Assembly: GCF_902713615.1 (NCBI RefSeq)
Contig: NC_052172.1
Coordinates: forward strand, 12,504,185 to 12,568,184
Length of the DNA: 64,000 nucleotides
Source: Scyliorhinus canicula
Lineage: Eukaryota
Reading direction: 5' to 3'
The notes beneath the pieces are model-generated. The model did not search any database. It was not told the origin of the DNA and was given only the letters and a program-made list of their open reading frames with translations. A program made the translations under genes and the position numbers. This document shows, piece by piece, positions 38,035-46,933 of this stretch. Within the stretch, counting starts at the first letter, position 1, and every line of letters begins with the position of its first letter.

Positions 38035-38986
38035 TGTTGCACGTTTTACTATGGGCGTAAAACGCGTTTATTGGAGTGTATTAACACGCCTCCGAGTTCG
38101 ACGTGTGCTTAACACTGCTAGGCTCTGTTCTATGTAATTATTTAAGCTCTGGAGTCGCCAGCTGCCGTATAGGCAACGTCACAAGTATTCCAAGGTCAAA
38201 TTCAAAGTAATAAAGACGATACACCGATTAGTCAAGTTCAAACGATCAATATTTATTATACAGTTAATAATAAATACTCATGCACACACACTAGGAGACT
38301 AAGCTACAACTAAACATAAGCAAACAGAATACTTATCTAACAGGAACAGGCAAGGTCAGAGAACGAGGCCTTCGTCCTGGTTTTGTCTGCAGCCTTCAGC
38401 AAGCGTTCTGGCACTTGGGAGTCTAGCGGGCTTGGATCGCGTAGCGAGCGTTGAACTTACGGTTTCGGCGGCTGGTGCTCAACGGCTGGAGTCAGGATAC
38501 CAGGTGTCAGTCGGGGCCGGAGCACAGGTTTAACAGACCGGACAACACGAGGTCCCTATCTTTTATAGGGGTTCCGTTGTCCTTCCCTCTTCTCGGGCGG
38601 GCTCTACCTATTGGATCAATTTCTTATCGATACTGGATTAATTCCCCAATGCGAGGGGGTCTCCGTGATGGAGGGGGCGTTTCTTATGTCCTTTTGTTTG
38701 GAGGTTTCTGGTGCCTCGATGTCTGGGTCTTGATTGGAATGTGTCCATTCAGAACCAAATGTATCTATTGTGTGGGTGTTCAAGTCTGATGGCCTCATTA
38801 GCATGCAAAGCGTTTTGCCATTTGCACCTAGCTAAGGTCTCTTCACCTGAGCCCAAACTGGTTTCTGCTGCTGCAGAATGCAAACTGCTCTGTGCAGACT
38901 GCTGTTCTGGCTGAACTGTCTGTTTCTCAGCAGCCTTCCATTTTAGTTTGGCTCAGTGTCCATTTTGCGTGGCCAGCATGGCTACA
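38035..38986 (-). repeat. 3' LTR
   Basis: Direct repeat of 46934-47885 (offset 8899); no difference found by eye, and ORF-track translations within both copies are identical. Confidence 0.97.
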
Positions 38987-38996
38987 TTCCCTCCTT
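38987..38996 (-). promoter_or_regulatory. Polypurine tract
   Basis: AAGGAGGGAA immediately 5' of the 3' LTR on the minus strand. Confidence 0.8.
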
Positions 38997-39314
38997 GTGA
39001 TCCTCACAATCATACTATTGTGAAGGATCACCTATGTACTTTGCCTCCTTGTGTTCTGACCTCTTGCCAGTTCCTGTTCTACTCTGTTCTAAACTATGGG
39101 AAGAAGAGAAAAAAATTTTAACTAACATTTCTACTTGGCCCTATGTCAAAGGGACATGCATTACTACAATTGGGAACCTCTACCTATCACTATTAACCTT
39201 AACCTTAACTTAAACATTTAATCACTCTAAACCTTAACCATTCACACCACAACATCACACTTCCCAACTCGGCAGTCGAGTATGGAACAATATAATACAT
39301 GGCTGAATTTTTAT

Positions 39315-39668
39315 TTACAGAGTGTTGTAATCAGTGAGGGGTTGAGGGGTTTGGTGGAATCCGAAGATGGGGGATTGCACTCTATAGATGGGTGAGGTGC
39401 TGGAACGAGAGGCTCTCCTCTTCCATTTCCTCAACCTGAGGGTCTGCACTAGGATGGTGAGGATCGCGATCACCAACAGTGATTCGATTATGTAGGACAT
39501 GGAGTACCACGTCATGAATTTAGTACACCAGGTCTGAACCTCGCTGATCAGAGCTGAGCACTGGGGGTTTGCTGTACTAACATTTACGGTGGGGGTTGTG
39601 GGGGAAACGTGTCTTGTTTCCACACATATACATATGACATTAAATAGTAATAAGTGGGCTTCCATCAT
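39315..39668 (-). CDS. Small accessory type I membrane protein (~117 aa) in env position
   Basis: First ATGs after a strong acceptor (39772-39771). Hydrophobic N-terminus, NVS sequon, Cys pair, TM helix, RLRKWKRR, Tyr-containing tail. Confidence 0.7.
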   Translation of the reverse strand: MMEAHLLLFNVICICVETRHVSPTTPTVNVSTANPQCSALISEVQTWCTKFMTWYSMSYIIESLLVIAILTILVQTLRLRKWKRRASRSSTSPIYRVQSPIFGFHQTPQPLTDYNTL

Positions 39669-40640
39669 TTTGCTGTTCTTCCTCTTTCTCTTCCTTCTTC
39701 CTCCGGTATTGACAATCCTGGCTTCGACCTCTGTCTCGTCCTTTGAAACCTTTGGGATCAAGCACAGTATCTGTCAATACACAGTTTAAGACCTTTACTT
39801 GTTAGTGCATCTGTCTTTCAAAACCCAATTGACCCTTTAAAATGACTGGCTAAGTCACACCCTGTGACTCCCCTCATTTTTTTTCAAAAAGCGAATTTAA
39901 AGACCAGCATACACCTAACAATCCTTCCTTCTGCGAGCCGTCTCGCAGGCTTTGCTGATTTACCATCCGAATGTTCCCGGATGTAAATAGCATGTGGGAT
40001 GGTGGCCGAAGGGCTACCTAACGTAAAATGAAAACAAAATGTGGAAAGAAACGTCCGAATGAGTTGCGTATGGGCCGCTACGGGTGCGAGTTGGATGGGA
40101 TCCCCGGGTAGGGCGTGCTGTGCCATACCCGAGCTTGGCTGACCAAGGGTTGGTTCTCAGACAGGGCGGGTCCTCAGTGCCGTTTGTCCACTGCCTGAGT
40201 AACCTGGAAAAACGGGTACGAATGTGTTGACCATGACTTGCAGCCTCTATTTCGCCGAATAGAGGGGCACCTAAAAACAATGGAGCCAAGATGCTCCGTT
40301 CTGAAAACAGGGAACAAGTCGTGAACCGTGTCGGTTCACCAGAGGATACAACTGAAGTTCTCAGAAATATCTGCGGACAAGCTATTTGGCGTGTGGCCTT
40401 ACAACTTTGGAAAAGATCTCCAATCAAACCGAAGTTCTCAGAAGTATCTGCGGACAAACTAACGTGTATGTGAGGTGGTCACAATCTTTTCAGCTGAAAA
40501 GAAGATGTCCATCCTCCAGCTGAAACATTTACATTCCTGAAAACAAACAAACATAAAACGAAGACAAACATACGTGCAGGTTCCATCAGAAAGGACATCG
40601 TTTCCCTCAAACGATTCCTATCTTACATCATCTGGACACC

Positions 40641-41678
40641 TCACTTTGATTCTGCCTCTGTGAACAGGGTCACAAAGGGGTTGCCGTGTCGGGAGTCAGA
40701 CACCGTGTCGTCCTGCTCTCCCGGATCCCACACCCTTGTGTGGATCAGGCATGCTATTTTGGAGTTGTGTGACCGGGGGTCACTTTCATCATTGCGGACA
40801 AGTCTGTAGGAATTGTCCCTGTGCCATTGGGTAGCGTCGAGTGTGTTGTCGGGGTAGTCGGGGTCGGGTGGTGGTTCGGGGTTTTTGAGGTAAGTGACTT
40901 CCATGGGGTCACTGGAGTCGGGGTCGTAGGTGGTGCAGTGTGGGCTGTATGGCTGTGTGGTGTCGCTGTCTTCAGAGTCAGTGTCTGTCCTACTGTCTCT
41001 GCTGTGGCAGCTTGTGGGCGTGTCGGGGCGTGGTCTGTAGTGGTCTGTGGGCGGAGTCGTGGGCGAGTCCGTTGATGAACTGGTCTGTGAGGGGGATGGT
41101 GGAAAAGTGTCTCTGGTGGGCGGGGTGAAGTGTTCTGCTGCATCCAGCAGGACATGGTGAGCATGGTTGGCCTGTGTTCCATAAGCCTTTAACTGGTTTA
41201 TATGGAACCACGCGGTCTTCCCATTAGGATACTTTATCCTGTAAACGGAGGGGCTAATTTTGTCCGAAATTGAGTAGGGACCGGAATATTTTGGAGCCAA
41301 AACACTGCTGGGGTTATAAACAGATAACATTACCTGTTGCCCAACCTGGAATTCTGTGGTGTGTACGGTCTTATTGAAACAGGCAGTCCGTTGCTGTCGG
41401 CGTTTCCCTAGCTGGACTGCGGCTGCGAGCTGTGCAGACCTCACAGTCTCAACTAGTTCTTTAACTGCCTTTTCATGTGTGAGGGCCGTCACTTCGGGGC
41501 TTGTCATGTCCAGTCCTGAAAGGAATTCTGTACCTTTCATAGGGCGTCCGGTCATGAGTGTGTGTGGGGTGTATCCTGTCGATGTGGAGACAGTGTTCCT
41601 TATGAACATAAGTGCAAAGGGGAGCACTGAATCCCATGTGGAATTGTTCTCTTGAACCATTTTCCTAAGGGTAGTTTT
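40641..41678 (-). CDS. pol: Pol C-terminal part after frameshift: integrase C-terminus with GPY/F motif and Pro/Thr/Asp-rich extension
   Basis: TTLRKMV…WDSVLPFALMFIRNT…TGYTP…KYSGPY…WFHINQLK continues the integrase core in another frame. Confidence 0.85.
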   Translation of the reverse strand, partial: KTTLRKMVQENNSTWDSVLPFALMFIRNTVSTSTGYTPHTLMTGRPMKGTEFLSGLDMTSPEVTALTHEKAVKELVETVRSAQLAAAVQLGKRRQQRTACFNKTVHTTEFQVGQQVMLSVYNPSSVLAPKYSGPYSISDKISPSVYRIKYPNGKTAWFHINQLKAYGTQANHAHHVLLDAAEHFTPPTRDTFPPSPSQTSSSTDSPTTPPTDHYRPRPDTPTSCHSRDSRTDTDSEDSDTTQPYSPHCTTYDPDSSDPMEVTYLKNPEPPPDPDYPDNTLDATQWHRDNSYRLVRNDESDPRSHNSKIACLIHTRVWDPGEQDDTVSDSRHGNPFVTLFTEAESK

Positions 41679-44600
41679 AGGGTCCGATTCATGCGCTCCA
41701 CAATCCCGCTGGACTGTGGATGATACGCAATGTGGAAGTTCTGTTTGATTCCGAATATTGTCAGGACGTTCCTCATGACCCGTCCTGTAAAGTGAGATCC
41801 CTGGTCCGAATCGATACTTCGGGGTAAACCCCATCTCGTGAAGATGTGGTGGGTCAGGATCTTTGCAGCTGTCTTTGCTGTATTTGTTCGTGAGGGAAAT
41901 GCCTCTACCCACTTGGTAAAGGTATCTATCACCACCAGAACGTATTTATAGCCATTCCGACAAGGGGGCAATGGACCTATAAAATTGATCTGGAGGTTTG
42001 TCCAAGGGCCGTTAACTGGGCGAGTATGCCGAAGTTGTGCCTTCTTAGAATACCTCTCCGGGTTATTCTGAGCACAAATCAGGCAATTCTCAATGTAGTG
42101 CGTTACCTCATTCCTGAGATCAGGCCACCAACAGAGTTGCCTGAGGTGCCTCGTTGTTGCATCAATTCCCTGATGCCCGTGTCCGTCATGGAACAAGGCA
42201 ATTATCTGATTCCTGTCCTGCTGTGGGACCACATAAAGTCGGTCCTTAATGATCACACCCTCATGTGTGGTCAGTGCGTGTTTAAAGTGCTCGTAAGCAG
42301 GCACAAAGTTTCCCTTGAAAACCTCCCTGAGGTCTCCGTCCTGTTTTTGTGCTGCCACGAGATCTTTAATATCAGTCTGTGAGACTTGGACTGCGCTCAC
42401 AGGGGCGCTAGCTGGTGCGCTAGCTGGGGGGGTCCATAAGTGTCCTCTCCTGGAACCTGCCTTAGCCAACGCGTCGGCTTTTACATTCCCAGGGGGTGAT
42501 GACCTATGGTGACTTCTTACTTTTATTATGCCGAAGGTCCTGTCCTTCGCTTTCGCTAAAATATGCTGGAGTAGAGGGGCTGATGGAAGGGGTTTCCCGT
42601 CTGCGGAGACAAAACCTCGTGTCCTCCACAGGGGCAGAAAATCGGTTAAACTGTTACAGACATATAAGCTGTCCGAATATATGTCTGCTGGGCTGGGGAA
42701 AGAATCGGGGTGGTCCACTATGTACGCTATGGCTGCTAGCTCTGCTGCCTGCGCGCCTAAGTGACCTGGTAACTTAAGAGCTATCTCTTCGAGAGCGCGC
42801 CCCTGCGCGTCCTCTACATAGATGCCGCATCCTGTGATACGCTCACCATTTAAAACTGTGGAGGAACCGTCTACATAAATCCTCAAGGGTCCACACGTGT
42901 CTGTGGGCTGGGGGCTTTGTTTCGGGTTCCCTATCTTCCTGGGGGGTGTTTTCGCTAAAAAGGGTCCTGTGTTATGCAGGGGAGCTACAATTTCACAGTC
43001 ATGGGGCTGTCCGGGGTATTGGAGGTTGTCTGCTAAGTATGTGTGGGTGCGTGTCCGTTTTACTGTAATGTCCCGTCCTTGTAAAAGTAGGGTCCACCTA
43101 GCTGCCCTAATCTGGCTAACTGAACCGTCCTTCAGTCGACCGTCTAGTAGTAGCTGTGTGGGTGTGTGTTCGGTCAGAATAGTAATGGGGTTGAGTCCGG
43201 TGATGTATGAGAAATACTGCACTGCCCAGAAGACAGCAAGGAGGTGCCTCTCACAGGCCGAAAATCCTTGTTCTACTGGGTCTAACAGTCGGGAGGCATA
43301 AGCCACTGGTCTTAGCTGCTCGTGCCGTTCCTGAAGCAACACGGCCGAGAGGGTCAGATCGGTGCTCGCTACCTCTATTGCGTACGGTGAAAGTTGGTCG
43401 GGGACTAGCAGCGCGGGTGCTGCACTAAGGGCTCGTTTCAACTCTTCCACAGCGCCTGTATGCTGCGGAAGCCATTCCCAGGGGGCTCCTTTCTTAAGGA
43501 GGTCTGAAAGTGGGGCGGCTTTTGTCGCGAATCCGTCGATGTGGTTCCGACAATAGCCAACCAGTCCTAAAAACGACCGGAGGGCTGATACATTCTGGGG
43601 AAGGGGCAATTTGACGATCGAATCAATTCTTTTGAATTCGATCTCGCGTTTGCCGTGCGTGATGACTGATCCCAAATACATCACTTTACTTTCCAATATT
43701 TGGGCCTTTTTCGGGTTAACTTTACAGCCAATTTCAGTTAAGAGTTCTAGGAGTTCGGCCAGAAGCGAAATGTGCTCTGCCTTTGTGTCTGTCTGCAGTA
43801 GTAGGTCGTCTACATACTGTACCAGACATTCGGGTCGGGAAAATTTTTCTAATCCACTTGCCAGCTGTCGGTGGAAAATGGAGGGTGAATTGTGGAATCC
43901 CTGTGGGAGGCATGTCCACGTGTACTGCTGCGTTTTAAAAGTGAATGCGAATTTGTATTGGCACGCTTTTGCCAATGGTATTGACCAGAATCCATTACTG
44001 ATGTCCAATACCGTGAAGTACTTGGCGTTGAGACCCTGCTTGAGCATGGTCTCGGGACTAGTAGCTACCGTTGGGGCTACTGCGGGGGTTACTTTGTTGA
44101 GTTCCCGATAATCGATGGTCAGACGCCATGATCCATCGGGCTTCCTCACTGGCCAAATAGGGGCATTGTTGGTGGAGGCTACCGTTCTCAGTACACCTTG
44201 GTCCAACAAGCTGCCTATAACTTTTTCTATTTCCACCTCTGCCTCGAGGGGAAATCTATACTGCTTTTGCGGTCGGGGGTCCTGTCCGGTAACATGAACT
44301 TGTCCAGTCATTCTACCACAGTCATGACGGTGACTTGCAAATGCTGTCCTGTGTTTGTTTAGTAGGGCCTTAATTTGTCGGTCGTTGTGGAGTGTAGTCA
44401 GGTCGAATGAGTACTCTCCCACTGCGCTAATCCGATTAGCGTAGTCTCCTACTGTGAGGGTGGCTGGGGCTCTGTCCGATCTCGCCATTCGCCAGACACA
44501 CTGGTTCACTGGGTCGAACGACAAGCTATGAGCGTTCATGAAATCTATCCCCAGGATGTGCTCTGCTGTCCGGGGAAGATTTACTAGAACTACGGGGTGT

Positions 44601-44866
44601 CTTGTGCTAATGTTCCCTAGCTGGATCGCTACGGGTGCTGTGATATGTCCCTGCTGCGAGTGTCCGGTGAACCCGCTAAGTGTGATGGTGGAGGTGGTCG
44701 GCCACGTGTCTGCGTGTGCCGTGGTTGTGGAGTTAATGGTGGTGCGGGATCCTCCTGTGTCCCACAATAACTCTATGGGCTTCCCTTTGACTTTTGCCGT
44801 GACTACGGGCCTCCCTGATGAGTCCCATAGTGTGTCACAGACCCAAGTGGGGGAGCCCGAACACCG
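41675..44866 (-). CDS. pol: Pol: protease, RT, degenerate RNase H (tether), RNase H, integrase
   Basis: LLWDTGGS; LDISNGFW, LPQGFHNSP, YVDD (43805-43816); RPVAYASR; YVDGS…AELAA…YSDS…GNVKAD; HHCC zinc finger; SDQG…E. In frame with gag after a single TGA. Confidence 0.95.
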
Positions 44867-46615
44867 TCAGTTCGTCTCGTCCACATTGGTGGGTCCTGAC
44901 TGTACTGCTACATTGTGGATGGGTTTTGCCTTGTTGCGGTTCAGAGTGCCTGTCTGTTGGCCTCTCTGAGATCGCTGGGGTGCATTACACTCTTTTGCCC
45001 AATGCCCTAACTGTCCACAGTTATAGCATTCCTGTCCTTTCTGTTGTGGGCTGCTCTTGCCTTCATTTACCCATGCGGGCTTCTGGTGCTCTCTGACTGC
45101 TTGGATATCTGCAGCAGCCTGAGCCTCTTCTGGGGATCTAACCTTTGCTTTTGCCTGAAGCGATTGCTCCCAAGCGCGGGACAATCTTTTGAGGACCCAT
45201 TTTTCGTTATGGGCCTCTTCTGAGGGGTCGTAATTATTGCAAGCGCTCTGTCCTGCGTCTGTTGCGTGTGAGATAATTGTGCGCGTCCACTTAACCATGT
45301 TTTCGCGGGTTAAATGCGCTCTATCTAGCTGTCCGAAAACTGCGCTGAAGTGAATCCACAGCCTTCCGGCGAATGCTGTGGGGTGTTCAGATCTCTTCTG
45401 CCTGCACTTATTCAAGCCTTCTACGGGGTCACCTCTATTGTACCCGATGGCATCTAAAATGGCAGTGTGCATCTCCTCTAGGCTGCCTCCTGCCACGTTT
45501 TGTGGGTCGGGGAGGGCTGCCACTACACTCTGGTCTAAGCTCAACACGGTGAGCTTAACCTGCTCTCTCTCATCCAGGCCGTACATGGTAGCCTGCTGTT
45601 TTACTTTCGCGAAGAACTGGTGGGGGTCTGCGGTGGGGAGGAACGGAGTGATCTTTTCACAAGCGTCCCTTAGCTGGGTTACTGTTAACGGGGTGGTGTA
45701 AGTTATGTCTGGGGCGCCTTCGGATTCGGCTTTCCTCTGTGTGGTTACGGGATTCATGGGTGCGGTTATGATCTGAGCTGTGGGGGGTTGGGGTGCCTGT
45801 CGTTTCTGCTGAGCTGCGGGCGCACATGTTCCCTGAACATAACGCTGCGCTGTCTCGCTTAATTCCTGCCAATCTGGGGCGTTTTCCCCATCTAACTGAG
45901 CTCCAAAGGTGCTTTGGAAGCCATTCTGCACCGAAAGCAGAGATTGCAGTTCCGCAATCTGTTTTCTGCATTTCGCGTGGTCAACTGTGCTTTGTCTTTG
46001 TTCGGTCGTTGCAGCGTGGAGTGCTCTCAAAGCTGCTTTGAGATCCGAACATTGCCTCTGCAATGCCTCCACCTGCTTTTCCGATTCCTGTCTTATCAGA
46101 ACGGCACGTTGCACGTCCTGATAGGCTTTCTCATACTGGGTCTGGGAACTGTTCAGATGAGCTAGACAAGACTGGTGAGCCCTCTTGGCATCATCCACCT
46201 CTCTACCCTTCTCTGCCAACTTCCCTTTAAGATCCAGGTTTTCTTTCTCGATGTCCCTGACATCGACCTTACTCATTCGGTTCCTTTCCTCTAAATCTGC
46301 CCGGAGCGTCCTGATGACCTCCTCTGCGCCTCGCAACTGTGCCAAGCAGGACACAATCGCCATCGGCTTGCGTGCTTTACTTAAACTCTTTTTGTGTATC
46401 TGAGAGAGGTTCTCCCACCAAGTATGACCTATACTTCCGGGACCTGTCTCCTCATTTGCACAAAACTCTTTCCAAAGGGGCCATCCCTTTCCCTGCAGAT
46501 ATTTGCGGAGTTCCAGCTCCCACGTGGGACACTGGCCTACTCTGCTACTGCTGCTGGTCGCTGCGACCACAAACCTTTCTGGGTCCATCAGACGTTCCAT
46601 TGCCTGCATGGCCAT
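44867..46615 (-). CDS. gag: Gag (582 aa) with long coiled coil and one CCHC zinc knuckle
   Basis: Intact ORF after the PBS; CYNCGQLGHWAKEC near the C-terminus. Confidence 0.92.
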   Translation of the reverse strand: MAMQAMERLMDPERFVVAATSSSSRVGQCPTWELELRKYLQGKGWPLWKEFCANEETGPGSIGHTWWENLSQIHKKSLSKARKPMAIVSCLAQLRGAEEVIRTLRADLEERNRMSKVDVRDIEKENLDLKGKLAEKGREVDDAKRAHQSCLAHLNSSQTQYEKAYQDVQRAVLIRQESEKQVEALQRQCSDLKAALRALHAATTEQRQSTVDHAKCRKQIAELQSLLSVQNGFQSTFGAQLDGENAPDWQELSETAQRYVQGTCAPAAQQKRQAPQPPTAQIITAPMNPVTTQRKAESEGAPDITYTTPLTVTQLRDACEKITPFLPTADPHQFFAKVKQQATMYGLDEREQVKLTVLSLDQSVVAALPDPQNVAGGSLEEMHTAILDAIGYNRGDPVEGLNKCRQKRSEHPTAFAGRLWIHFSAVFGQLDRAHLTRENMVKWTRTIISHATDAGQSACNNYDPSEEAHNEKWVLKRLSRAWEQSLQAKAKVRSPEEAQAAADIQAVREHQKPAWVNEGKSSPQQKGQECYNCGQLGHWAKECNAPQRSQRGQQTGTLNRNKAKPIHNVAVQSGPTNVDETN

Positions 46616-46910
46616 TTCCTCTGACTCTCTTTTTATAATTTGGAACAGGGGGTTGCTGGGGTGGTGTTTCGTAAAAAGGGTACGGCTTACGCTATTTTCC
46701 GATCACAAAACTACCGAAAGTTTGTCGCAACAAAAAGCTTTCAGTTTTACCTTACAGCCCTGTTAGTACGCATGCACTAAACACACTTCCGAATTTCGCT
46801 TATTATTTTGAACACCTTGAATACTTGTGATCTCTTTCTTTCTCTGCAATTTGGAGTTCTAGTTCAAATTTCAGGGTCCTGGACACTGTGGTGTTTCCAC
46901 TTACAACAGG

Positions 46911-46928
46911 GTCCCGGCGGAGTCGCCA
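46911..46928 (-). promoter_or_regulatory. Primer-binding site, tRNA-Arg(UCU)
   Basis: TGGCGACTCCGCCGGGAC, complementary to …GUCCCGGCGGAGUCG-CCA, which from recall is the 3' end of a vertebrate tRNA-Arg-TCT; 5 nt from the LTR end. Confidence 0.85.
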
Positions 46929-46933
46929 CTAAA

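Noticed and set aside
38451-38914. ORFs inside the LTRs as possible foamy-type tas/bet accessory genes
   Set aside because: Short, mostly antisense or non-ATG, with no recognisable features; not supportable without conservation data.
40014-40457. 147-aa ORF after pol as an env remnant
   Set aside because: Starts at TTG; no signal peptide, furin site, heptad repeat or TM segment.
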